Notes under the pieces: model-generated
Databases searched by the model: none
What the model saw: only the letters and a program-made list of their open reading frames with translations
Told to the model about the DNA's origin: nothing
Source of the DNA: an uncultured Elusimicrobia bacterium
Lineage (GTDB): Bacteria; Elusimicrobiota; Elusimicrobia; 2-01-FULL-59-12
DNA length: 64,000 nt
Assembly: GCA_963702895.1 (NCBI GenBank)
Contig: OY969767.1
Span: 1,632,001 to 1,696,000, forward strand
Reading direction: 5' to 3'
Program-made: the position numbers and the translations under genes
In this document: positions 55,510 through 64,000 of the stretch, one piece after another
How positions within the stretch are numbered: the stretch's first letter is position 1
Layout of the letters: the number at the start of each line of letters is the position of its first letter

Positions 55510-56395
55510 GACGTTTCCTCAGCAAGGGGCACTGCGACAGCGCCGCATGCAGCTTTTTTCTGGATTCTGGCCCGAGGGGCACAAGCGGCAGCCGTAATTC
55601 TTCGCGGCAAAGGCCGAGCGAGGCCATGGCGGCTTTGAGCGGAATAGGATTGGTCTCCAGAAAAAGCGCCCGCATCAGGGGAAACATCTGGTTATGAATT
55701 CGTCGTGCCCGCTCGGGGCTGCCTTGGTCCCAACTCTTCACGAGGTCCGACACGGCTCCAGGAAGTATGTTACCAATCACCGAGATCACCCCGGTCGCGC
55801 CCAGCGCCAGGAGCGGCAGAGTCAGAGAATCATCGCCAGACAAGACGACAAAACGTGACGAGTCCACGGAAGACATGAGCTGACTCGTATAGTCCATGTT
55901 GCCTGACGCTTCTTTTATCCCCACGATGCTCGGGCAGTTCTCCGCCAGACGCACGACCGTCTCGACCGGCATATTGATCCCGGTACGGCCGGGAATGTTG
56001 TAAAGCACAAGCGGCAGCTTGGAAGCCTTGCTGATGGCACGAAAATGCGCGTAGAGGCCTGCGGGGCTTGGCTTGTTGTAATAGGGCACGACCGACAGAG
56101 CGCCGTGCGCTCCCGCGCGTTCCGCGTGCTTGACGAGGTTAATCGCTTCGTCCGTGGAATTGGAACCCGCTCCAGCAAGCACGGGGACCCGGCCTCGGGC
56201 GGCTTTGATCACCACTTCGTTGACGTGCCGATGCTCCTCATGTGAGAGGGTCGCCGACTCTCCCGTCGATCCGCAAGGGACAAGCCCCCCCGTTCCATGG
56301 TCAAGATGGAAGTCCACCAGCCACTTCAGGCGTGCTGAATCCACTTTTCCGTTCTTAAATGGTGTGACGAGTGCGACAAAAGATCCTTTAAACAT
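55502..56395 (-). CDS. dapA: 4-hydroxy-tetrahydrodipicolinate synthase
   Basis: GSTGES, YNIPGRTG, GIKEASG, ETNPIP. Confidence 0.97.
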   Translation of the reverse strand: MFKGSFVALVTPFKNGKVDSARLKWLVDFHLDHGTGGLVPCGSTGESATLSHEEHRHVNEVVIKAARGRVPVLAGAGSNSTDEAINLVKHAERAGAHGALSVVPYYNKPSPAGLYAHFRAISKASKLPLVLYNIPGRTGINMPVETVVRLAENCPSIVGIKEASGNMDYTSQLMSSVDSSRFVVLSGDDSLTLPLLALGATGVISVIGNILPGAVSDLVKSWDQGSPERARRIHNQMFPLMRALFLETNPIPLKAAMASLGLCREELRLPLVPLGPESRKKLHAALSQCPLLRKRRG

Positions 56396-57326
56396 GGTAT
56401 TCCCCCTTAAACGTCACGCGTACCGGCCCTGAAAGTGTGATACCCGTCGCATCCGAAGACCGTCCGAGTTCCGGAGCGCCACACAACAGGCGCCCGCCAA
56501 CCGTGTGGCGGGCCCGACGCCTCAAGCTGGACTTGGCACGTCGGACGTCGGACGGACGTTGAAAATCGACCTTCAGAATAGCCCCACTGGCGACGACACA
56601 GCGGACCGGCGCTTGGACAAGACCCTTCAGCACAGCAGCGATGGCGCTCGCGACAACGCCTGTCCCGCAAGCCAACGTTTCCCCCTCCACGCCCCGCTCA
56701 TAAGTACGAACACGGAGCTTGTGAGGCCCGATTTTTTGAACGAAATTGACGTTGGCCCCCTGGGGTCCAAACGCGCGATGGAACCTCAGAGACCGGCCCA
56801 GACGACCCACCAAAACCTTGTCCACATCCGCGACAAACAAGACGGCGTGCGGCACGCCCGTGTTGATGAAGTCGGGACGATAGAGATGGCCGCCGACTTG
56901 GGCGGTCACACCCGGCCTGAAGTCATAAGCATCGGCCAAGCAGATCTCGACCACCTGACCTCGGACGCAAGCGCCCACGGCATAAGCATCCGTATGAAAG
57001 CGAAACTTCTTGGGCACGAGGCCCTGCGCATGGGCGAAATAGGCCATACAACGAGCGCCATTGCCGCACATGCTGGCGCGCGAACCGTCGGCGTTGTAGT
57101 AAACCATGCGAAAGGCAGGCGTCCGACGCGTGACGTCCGACGTCGGACGTCGGACCTCGGACGGATCCTCCAGGAGCAGCAGGCCGTCGGCTCCCACGCC
57201 GAATTGGCGATGGCACAGACGCTTGGCCCAGTCGCCGTAATGGCCGGCGATGATTCGTCGGCGGTTGTCGATCACGACAAAATCATTGCCGGACCCCGAC
57301 ATCTTCCAAAAACGCAAGCTCTTCAT
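56388..57326 (-). CDS. dapF: Diaminopimelate epimerase with two in-frame repeat insertions
   Basis: GNDF, MCGNG, GVPH, ERGVEGETLACGTG. Confidence 0.96.
   Translation of the reverse strand: MKSLRFWKMSGSGNDFVVIDNRRRIIAGHYGDWAKRLCHRQFGVGADGLLLLEDPSEVRRPTSDVTRRTPAFRMVYYNADGSRASMCGNGARCMAYFAHAQGLVPKKFRFHTDAYAVGACVRGQVVEICLADAYDFRPGVTAQVGGHLYRPDFINTGVPHAVLFVADVDKVLVGRLGRSLRFHRAFGPQGANVNFVQKIGPHKLRVRTYERGVEGETLACGTGVVASAIAAVLKGLVQAPVRCVVASGAILKVDFQRPSDVRRAKSSLRRRARHTVGGRLLCGAPELGRSSDATGITLSGPVRVTFKGEYHV
56446..56558. repeat. Heptamer arms enclosing a twin-hairpin element (about 56476-56512), in frame in dapF
   Basis: cgtccgagttccg...gcgccacacaacaggcgc-ccgccaaccgtgtggcggg...cacgtcggacgtcggacg. Confidence 0.8.
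57120..57163. repeat. Heptamer palindrome in frame in dapF
   Basis: cgtccgacgcgtgacgtccgacgtcggacgtcggacctcggacg; encodes PSEVRRPTSDVTRRT. Confidence 0.9.
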
Positions 57327-58594
57327 AAATCTGGGGGAAAATGCTCGCCCCGCATGAGGTCATCCACCGTCTCCCGGTCGCGGATGATGGTCCACTGGCT
57401 TCCGTGAACCAGCACTTCCGGCGGCCGAGGGCGGGAATTGTATTGCGAACCCATGGAAAAACCATACGCCCCCGCGGTCGCCACCGCCAGGCCTTCTCCC
57501 TGGTCCAAGAGGCGCAGGGAGCGGTTGCGCGCGAGATAATCACTCGATTCACAAACGGGACCGACAATGTCCGCCGTGATGTGCTTTCCCCTTTTCTCCA
57601 GCAGGGGATGGACCGCGTGATAGGCATCGTAGAGCGCGGGCCTGGCCAGGTCATTCATGGCAGCGTCCACAATGAGAAAATGTTTGTGGCCCACATCCTT
57701 ACGGTAGAGAACACGCGTTAAGAGGATGCCCGCGTCTCCAAGGAGATAACGGCCGGGCTCAAGCAAGAGTTGAATGTCCCTGCCGCGAAGGCACCGGCAG
57801 AGCTCCGCCGCGAGCTGCTTGGGCGTTGGCGGTGTCTCATCTCGGTAGCGGATGCCAAGACCGCCGCCCAAATCAATGTAGCGAAGCGTCATTCCTTCGT
57901 TTTCTAATTGATCCACCAGGTCCAGGACTTTGTGGAGCGCCGCGGTATAGGGCCGCGTGCTCGTGATTTGGGAGCCCACGTGCACGTGGATCCCCAGCAG
58001 ATTGATCCTGGGAAGCTTGGCGGCCTGACGAAAAAGCGGCAGCGATTTCGCCATAGGAATTCCGAATTTATTCTCCTTTTTGCCGGTGGTGATATGGTCA
58101 TGCGTCAAAGCATCCACATCGGGATTCACACGGATCGCGATGGGAGCCGCTTTATGAAGGGCCGCGGCCATCCGGTCGATCTCCTGCAATTCTTCTTCGG
58201 ATTCGATGTTCAACATCAGGACCCCCGCTTCGAGGGCCGCCCTGATCTCATCCGGGCGTTTCCCCACACCGGAGAACACAATGCGGTCCGCGGGGATGCC
58301 GGCACGCCTGGCGCGCACGAGCTCACCCACCGAAACGATATCAGCGCCGGCTCCCGCTCGACCCAAAAGGGCGAGGAGCGCGCCGCTCGAGTTGGCCTTC
58401 ATGGCAAAGAGGATTTGGTGGCTCACCGCGCGAAACGCCTCATCAAAGCGTCGGTAGTTGTCCAGGATCCTGGCGCGGCTGTAGACATAAGCCGGCGTCC
58501 CGACATCCACCATGAGGCGGTCCAAGGGCACCTCCTCGAAATGGAGATGGCGGTTCTTATAGCTCAGAAGGGGCGGGAGCGCGATGGGGCTCAT
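57323..58594 (-). CDS. lysA: Diaminopimelate decarboxylase
   Basis: AMKAN, KFG, HVGSQ, EPGR, GPVCESSD, GAYG. Confidence 0.97.
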   Translation of the reverse strand: MSPIALPPLLSYKNRHLHFEEVPLDRLMVDVGTPAYVYSRARILDNYRRFDEAFRAVSHQILFAMKANSSGALLALLGRAGAGADIVSVGELVRARRAGIPADRIVFSGVGKRPDEIRAALEAGVLMLNIESEEELQEIDRMAAALHKAAPIAIRVNPDVDALTHDHITTGKKENKFGIPMAKSLPLFRQAAKLPRINLLGIHVHVGSQITSTRPYTAALHKVLDLVDQLENEGMTLRYIDLGGGLGIRYRDETPPTPKQLAAELCRCLRGRDIQLLLEPGRYLLGDAGILLTRVLYRKDVGHKHFLIVDAAMNDLARPALYDAYHAVHPLLEKRGKHITADIVGPVCESSDYLARNRSLRLLDQGEGLAVATAGAYGFSMGSQYNSRPRPPEVLVHGSQWTIIRDRETVDDLMRGEHFPPDL

Positions 58595-59619
58595 GATTTT
58601 TTCCTTATCTCGCTGAGCAAGAGCTCGTTGAAATGCGACACGGCCTCGGTCGGCGAGAGCTGCTGGACCCGCAAAGCATCCTGATAGGCGGCGGCATGCT
58701 GGCCGCGCTCATAATGCAGGAGCGCCTTCACATAATGCATGAGTGGAGACTGCGGATAGGTCTCCGACAGCATTTTCAGGAGTCGGTCGGAATCCCTCTG
58801 ACGACCTAATTGATCATAAAGCATCATGAGTCGCAGGCGCACATCGTCCCGCGCAGGAGCGGCCTTGAGCGATTCCTCCCAGGCGAGAGCCGCTTGTTTG
58901 AGATCACCCAGACTTTGATAGATCTCGCCGAGCCGGATGTCATAGTCCGCTCGGGGCAGCCGGGCCTTGGCCTGGCCCAGCACGGCGACTGCCTTCACCA
59001 GGTTTTTCTGGTGCGCATAACAATCAGCGATATGGAGATAGATCTGCGGCTTGGGGTCCCGCGCCAGGGCCTGCTCGTAGTAACTGATCGCCTTGTCCAA
59101 AAACCCTCTTTTCTCATAGACGACCGCGATTTCTTCGTAGGGCACCGCCTCGCGCGGGCGGAGCTCGATGCAGCGCCCATAGGACTCGATCGCGCGCGCA
59201 TGGAGATCCGCCGCTGCGAAGGCCCGCGATCGGGCGAGATTGGCGTCCCAGTCCTTGGGGCTGTCGTGCAGCGCATCATCATAGGCGCTGATAGCGCGCG
59301 AAAAATCCTTCATCGCCATACGCATATCGCCAAGCCGCGTAAAGAATTTCACTCGTTCGGCGCGGCGGGGCCTTGCGGCCAAGAGCATTTCGTACTGCCG
59401 CGCAGCCAGTTCTGGGCGGCCGACACCCGCGGCAAAGCTCGCGAGGTCTTCCCGCAGCCGCTGCACGTCACTGTATTGCCCGCGCTCTGAGGCTTTATCG
59501 ATCTGCGCGAGCCAGGTTGCTATCTTCTGGTCCACGCTGGGATCCGGCGCTGCGAAGCAGGGCCACGCGCAGAGAGACAACACGACCAAGCTTGCCCGCC
59601 GCCATCGTCCTGTGATCAT
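58591..59619 (-). CDS. Exported TPR repeat protein
   Basis: Signal peptide followed by multiple TPR units. Confidence 0.85.
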   Translation of the reverse strand: MITGRWRRASLVVLSLCAWPCFAAPDPSVDQKIATWLAQIDKASERGQYSDVQRLREDLASFAAGVGRPELAARQYEMLLAARPRRAERVKFFTRLGDMRMAMKDFSRAISAYDDALHDSPKDWDANLARSRAFAAADLHARAIESYGRCIELRPREAVPYEEIAVVYEKRGFLDKAISYYEQALARDPKPQIYLHIADCYAHQKNLVKAVAVLGQAKARLPRADYDIRLGEIYQSLGDLKQAALAWEESLKAAPARDDVRLRLMMLYDQLGRQRDSDRLLKMLSETYPQSPLMHYVKALLHYERGQHAAAYQDALRVQQLSPTEAVSHFNELLLSEIRKKS

Positions 59620-60620
59620 CGGGCTATCCTCGCTTGGGAGATTCTCCCAAAGCTCTTGTCCAGAATAAGGCGTTTAATTTCAGGAACAGCCTTCCTCCCC
59701 GCAAGAATGCCAGCATCAATACTTTCATCGGAGCGGGCCAGGTCCATGGGACCGATATCGCCCATTTTGGGGCGGATCACCACCTGGGCCCGCGTGAGCT
59801 CATCCTTGGCCAGTCTCTGACTCATGATCGCGATGGACTGGTTCAATATCCCCAGGACGGTTTTAGGCTTGTTCTGGGAGATGTCGGCGGTGACGTCGAT
59901 CGCGACGATGAGATCGGACTTCATCAAGCTCAGCAGGTCCGTTGGCAAATTCGTCACCAGTCCTCCGTCCACCAGATAGCGGTGACGAAATTCAACGGGT
60001 TCAAACATGCCCGGTATCGTGGCGGAAGCGCGGGCGCCCAGCGCCACCGGTCCTTCACGAAAGATGACCCGCTCGCCCGTTTGGAGGTCCGTGGCCACAC
60101 AGGCAAAGGGAATCTTAAGTTGATCGAAATGAATGTCGCCAATCTGTTGGCGCAAATAGACTTCCATATTGGCTGAGGAAAGCTTCTCCTCCGTCAGAAA
60201 GAGTCGCATGAGCGAATAACGCGAGTAATTGGTCAAGGAAGACCATCCGATCTGCTCAGACATTTGTTCCATCTGGGCCGTGGTCACGCCCGCGGCGTAT
60301 AAGCTGCCGATCAAAGCGCCCACCGAAGTGCCGGAAATGGCCCCGATGGGCACATCCCCTTCTTCAAAGGCCTTGAGGACCCCGATATGGGCGAGGCCTC
60401 TGGCGCCCCCTCCTCCCAGTGCGACCCCCACGCGCGTGTCATCCTTGGGATTGAGCGTGCGGTAGCGGCTCCAGAGCATATCGATCAAGAATTCGTCCTC
60501 ATTGAGAACAGGGCTGGGCGCGCCCCAGGCCAGGGAGCAAGGGAAAGGGGTCAGGGGAAAGGGGCCGGAAATGAGGCAACACACAAACCCTAACAGCCAG
60601 ATGCGAAATCTTACATGCAT
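59616..60620 (-). CDS. Patatin-like phospholipase
   Basis: GGGARG, GTSVG, DGG. Confidence 0.93.
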   Translation of the reverse strand: MHVRFRIWLLGFVCCLISGPFPLTPFPCSLAWGAPSPVLNEDEFLIDMLWSRYRTLNPKDDTRVGVALGGGGARGLAHIGVLKAFEEGDVPIGAISGTSVGALIGSLYAAGVTTAQMEQMSEQIGWSSLTNYSRYSLMRLFLTEEKLSSANMEVYLRQQIGDIHFDQLKIPFACVATDLQTGERVIFREGPVALGARASATIPGMFEPVEFRHRYLVDGGLVTNLPTDLLSLMKSDLIVAIDVTADISQNKPKTVLGILNQSIAIMSQRLAKDELTRAQVVIRPKMGDIGPMDLARSDESIDAGILAGRKAVPEIKRLILDKSFGRISQARIAR

Positions 60621-60668
60621 AGCAGTTTTTCTCTTTCTCCTACCCCCTGTTCTCTATCCCCTGTTTCT
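60532..60668. repeat. Inverted purine/pyrimidine heptamer arms enclosing the patatin start codon
   Basis: agggagcaagggaaaggggtcaggggaaagggg ... ctctttctcctaccccctgttctctatcccctgtt. Confidence 0.65.
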
Positions 60669-62010
60669 ATCGCTCTTCGTCGAGGGGCTTGCCAACGGCA
60701 CGCTCAAGAGAGGCGAGAGCGCTGAGGTGCCCATGGACGGCTTCCAGGTGACGCAACCGCGCCTCCAGCACCATACGCTCTGCCTCCACCACATGATTCG
60801 AACTGTCTCTCTGACGGATGAGTTCGTCAAGCAAAGCAGACATGCGGCGCAGGGAATCCTGTCTAGGCGCCAGCTCCTCCTGCCAGAGCTGGCACTGGTC
60901 GTAGGCTTGCCGGACCTGGAGCTGAATCTGATCGGCCACTTCTGAATGTTTGAGCGTGGCTTGGCGGTACTGCGCCCGGCGCTCACGAACTTTCGCCCAC
61001 CCGTAAACGATGTCCGAGATCGAAACCGGCAGATTGATATTGAGTGTCCCGGCCCAGTTGGCAACGGGCAGCTCAAGGTCATTGCCCGTGCGCTCGTAAC
61101 TCGCGCCAAAACCAACCGTCGGCCTGCGCTCCGCGAGCGACAGACCCACACCCAGAGCGTCCAGTTCCTGCTGATACTCCGTTTGCCGAAGTTCCGATCG
61201 GTACTGGGTGGACCAAGCCTGGAGCTTGGCGAGGTCAAGAGCCACTTGATGCGTCTCAAGCTTGCCTCGCAGAGCAACGGTCGTATTGAGTTCCAGATTG
61301 AGCGCCTGCAAATAGGCCCGGTGTGCGGCTTGCTCGGCCTTCGTGGCCTCCGCACTTTTTGCGCGAAGGTCAGACAACTCATGCTCAAGATGGAGCTGAT
61401 CATTCACGGACGCTCGCGGTCTGGATCGCCATGCCTCGGATTTCTTCATGAGATCGATCAGCTGTCGCTTTCGCTCGCCCGCGAAAAGGAGGTCGTAAAA
61501 CGCCTGCTTGGCGGTGGAGGCCACTTGGGTTTGGAGAGACTCGTTGGCGTTTCTGGCCCTCTCGTAGGAAATCTGCGCCTGACGCCAAAGGTTTTGCGAC
61601 CTTCCTCCTTCATAGACCGATTGATAGATATTGGCGCGGGCCGTATAGAAATTCTGACGAGGACTCGTTGGCACAAGCGTCGGCCCCAAGGCCGGCTGCA
61701 GCATGAGCGGCGTGTTGTCATCCACGTGGAACTTGCTCCAATTCGCGTTTAAATCGAGCCGTGGGTAGAAGAGCGACTGGGCCTGCCGCACGCGCTGCAG
61801 GGCGATGTTCACGTCCTCACGCGAAGATAAAAGCGACGGCGCGTTATGGAGCGCCAACCGAACGGTGTCTTCCAGCGTGAGAACACGATCGGGCATCTCG
61901 CCGGCCTGAAGCGGTATCGGGCTGGCCCCGAGAAGAGAGAGGAAGGTTATGAGAGCCGCATGAACGTGAGGCCTTCTCCGCACGCCCTGGCCGGGGACTG
62001 CCGTGATCAT
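60667..62010 (-). CDS. TolC family outer membrane protein
   Basis: LTLEDTVRLALHNAP, P.LDL, LERAVG; coiled-coil pattern. Confidence 0.88.
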   Translation of the reverse strand: MITAVPGQGVRRRPHVHAALITFLSLLGASPIPLQAGEMPDRVLTLEDTVRLALHNAPSLLSSREDVNIALQRVRQAQSLFYPRLDLNANWSKFHVDDNTPLMLQPALGPTLVPTSPRQNFYTARANIYQSVYEGGRSQNLWRQAQISYERARNANESLQTQVASTAKQAFYDLLFAGERKRQLIDLMKKSEAWRSRPRASVNDQLHLEHELSDLRAKSAEATKAEQAAHRAYLQALNLELNTTVALRGKLETHQVALDLAKLQAWSTQYRSELRQTEYQQELDALGVGLSLAERRPTVGFGASYERTGNDLELPVANWAGTLNINLPVSISDIVYGWAKVRERRAQYRQATLKHSEVADQIQLQVRQAYDQCQLWQEELAPRQDSLRRMSALLDELIRQRDSSNHVVEAERMVLEARLRHLEAVHGHLSALASLERAVGKPLDEER

Positions 62011-63335
62011 TTCCGGATGAGTTTTTGGAGTTGTGAGATCTGCTCTCGAACTCTGCGGGGAGAGGTCCCCCCGTAGGAGTCTTTTACATGGACCACTTGG
62101 TCCACCGACAAAACGTTTCTTGCGCCTTCATCGAAATGGGTATCGAAGCGCCGGAGTTCCTCCAGCGTCAATTCATCCAAGCGGATGCGCTGTCCCTCAC
62201 AATAGGCCACGATGCGCTTGACGACGCCATGCGCCGTGCGGAAAGGGATCCCTTTCTCCGTGAGATAATCCGCGAGTTCCGTAGCAGCGAGAAACCCTCG
62301 GTCGCAAAGCGAGCGCATGCGGTCTGCCCGGACCACCAGGGTCGCGATCATGGGACTGGAGACCGCCAGACACCCTTGCAACGTATCAACCGTGTCGAAA
62401 AAGGGAGGCTTGTCCTCCTGCAAATCGCGGTTGTAGGAGAGCGGGAGGCCCTTGAGAATCGTGAGAAGCGCCACAAGATTCCCGTAGATGCGACCGGTCT
62501 CACCGCGGATGATCTCAGCGACATCCGGGTTTCGCTTCTGCGGCATGATGGAGGACCCTGAAGTAAATTCTTTTTGGAGCCGCACCATATTGAATTCACT
62601 CGACGTCCAGAGGATGAGCTCTTCCGCCAGCCTGGAGAGGTGCGTCATCACGAGGGCCGCCGCGGAAACAAACTCGACCAGAAAGTCTCTGTCCGAGACC
62701 GTATCAATCGAATTCGACGTCACGCGGGAGAAACCCAGGAGCTTCGCGACATAGGCTCGGTCGATCGGAAAGGATGTTCCCGCAAGCGCGGCGCACCCGA
62801 GCGGAAGTTCATCCGCGCGCTTCCAGGCGTCGGCGAGTCTTCCCTTGTCTCTTTCTAACATCCAGGCATAGGCCAGGATATGATGCGCGAAAAGAATGGG
62901 TTGCGCGTGCTGCATATGCGTGTAACCCGGCATCACCACATCACTGTTTTGCTCAGCCACGAGCACGATCGCCTTTTGCAGGCGGACAATCTCCCTGCGG
63001 ATGAGGTCGATTTGGTCTTTGAGGTAGAGCTTCAGATCTAGAGCGATCTGGTCATTTCGGCTCCGGGCGGTATGAAGCTTGCCTCCCACGGGACCAATCC
63101 GACGGATCAGCTCACGCTCAATGGCGAAATGAACATCCTCTTCTTGCGGAAGGCGCTTGCCCTCGGAGAGATCCTTCGCGATGGCTTCCAAGCCCTTGAT
63201 GATACGTCGGGCGTCGCGGGAGGGGATGATCCGGCACTTGGCCAGCATCCGGGCATGCGCCACCGACCCTTGAATATCATAGGGCGCAAGCCGAATATCA
63301 AACGACAACGATGCGATGAAGGATTGAGGATTCAT
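62007..63335 (-). CDS. argH: Argininosuccinate lyase
   Basis: [41 protein letters not shown]. Confidence 0.98.
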   Translation of the reverse strand: MNPQSFIASLSFDIRLAPYDIQGSVAHARMLAKCRIIPSRDARRIIKGLEAIAKDLSEGKRLPQEEDVHFAIERELIRRIGPVGGKLHTARSRNDQIALDLKLYLKDQIDLIRREIVRLQKAIVLVAEQNSDVVMPGYTHMQHAQPILFAHHILAYAWMLERDKGRLADAWKRADELPLGCAALAGTSFPIDRAYVAKLLGFSRVTSNSIDTVSDRDFLVEFVSAAALVMTHLSRLAEELILWTSSEFNMVRLQKEFTSGSSIMPQKRNPDVAEIIRGETGRIYGNLVALLTILKGLPLSYNRDLQEDKPPFFDTVDTLQGCLAVSSPMIATLVVRADRMRSLCDRGFLAATELADYLTEKGIPFRTAHGVVKRIVAYCEGQRIRLDELTLEELRRFDTHFDEGARNVLSVDQVVHVKDSYGGTSPRRVREQISQLQKLIRK

Positions 63336-64000
63336 AACGACCGTCCGACGTGCGACGTCCGACGCCCAACGTATCGAAGTTTATGCCTGTGGGAAGTCTC
63401 TTGTCGGGCCATCTTGACCTCGGACTTCGGATCTCGGACGCCCTGCAGAAGGGCCTGTACTTTGATCGGCAACCCGTAGAGGTTGATAAAGCCCTCCGCG
63501 TCCCGCTGGTTATAGACCGCGTCGGCCCCGAAAGTCGCCAGGTCCTCCCAATAGAGCGAATACGGGGAGGTGCGGCCGTCTACGATCAAGTTGCCCTTAT
63601 AGAGTTTGAGTCGTACACGGCCCGTGACTTTCTTTTGGGTCTCCGTGATGAACGCTGAAAGGGCCTGCCGCAGCGGCGTAAACCAGAGACCGTTGTAGAT
63701 CATTTCCGCCATTTTGGGCGCAAGAACCGCTTTCGCGTGCAGCGTATCGCGGTCAAGCACAAGCGACTCCAGCTCCCGGTGGGCCGCGTAGAGAATCGTG
63801 GCACCCGGGGCCTCATAGACTCCCCGTGATTTCATTCCGACCAGACGATTTTCAACCAGGTCCACCCGGCCGATCCCGTGCTTTCCGCCTAGAATGTTGG
63901 CAGTCTCCACCAGTTTCACAGGGTCAAGCTTCCTGCCGTTGATCGCCACGGGACACCCTTTGACAAAGTCGATCGTCACAAAGGCTGCCTTGGCTGGGGC
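63332..64000 (-). CDS. argG: Argininosuccinate synthase (3' part; starts beyond the window) with a repeat-derived C-terminal extension
   Basis: [37 protein letters not shown]. Confidence 0.96.
   Translation of the reverse strand, partial: APAKAAFVTIDFVKGCPVAINGRKLDPVKLVETANILGGKHGIGRVDLVENRLVGMKSRGVYEAPGATILYAAHRELESLVLDRDTLHAKAVLAPKMAEMIYNGLWFTPLRQALSAFITETQKKVTGRVRLKLYKGNLIVDGRTSPYSLYWEDLATFGADAVYNQRDAEGFINLYGLPIKVQALLQGVRDPKSEVKMARQETSHRHKLRYVGRRTSHVGRSL
63342..63440. repeat. Heptamer inverted arms forming the argG C-terminal tail
   Basis: cgtccgacgtgcgacgtccgacgcccaacg ... gacctcggacttcggatctcggacg. Confidence 0.85.

Overview
A GC-rich bacterial chromosomal window. The gene set and protein style suggest Elusimicrobiota or a similar lineage, but this is inference only. 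Most of it is housekeeping: carB/carA/purA, valS-rph-rdgB, a tRNA cluster, tig-clpP-clpX-lon, serA, argF, tolB-cpoB-pal, uvrA, nadB, panC/panB, folK, the dap/lys genes, and argH/argG. An accessory stretch at about 11.9-20 kb sits inside the rph-rdgB-tRNA-tig cluster. The unusual signal is non-coding and repetitive. (1) Intact tRNA genes (Glu, Pro, Leu; partly Arg, Lys, His) sit inside or beside split copies of themselves, with 5' pieces upstream and 3' pieces downstream. At Glu, Pro, Leu and Lys(TTT), complementary flanks close the structure, giving nested 'matryoshka' tRNA loci. (2) The outer copies are interrupted by a roughly 45-nt twin-hairpin element with a consistent junction rule, NN-[hairpin]-revcomp(NN)-[hairpin]-NN, or a fully blunt form. 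(3) Heptamer palindromes and RPE-like palindromes are inserted in frame in valS, uvrA, nadB, dapF and argG. A four-helix-bundle gene and a GIY-YIG remnant lie next to tRNAs and are candidate partners. I saw no CRISPR array, integrase, transposase, reverse transcriptase or rRNA. All calls come from reading the sequence; no searches were run.
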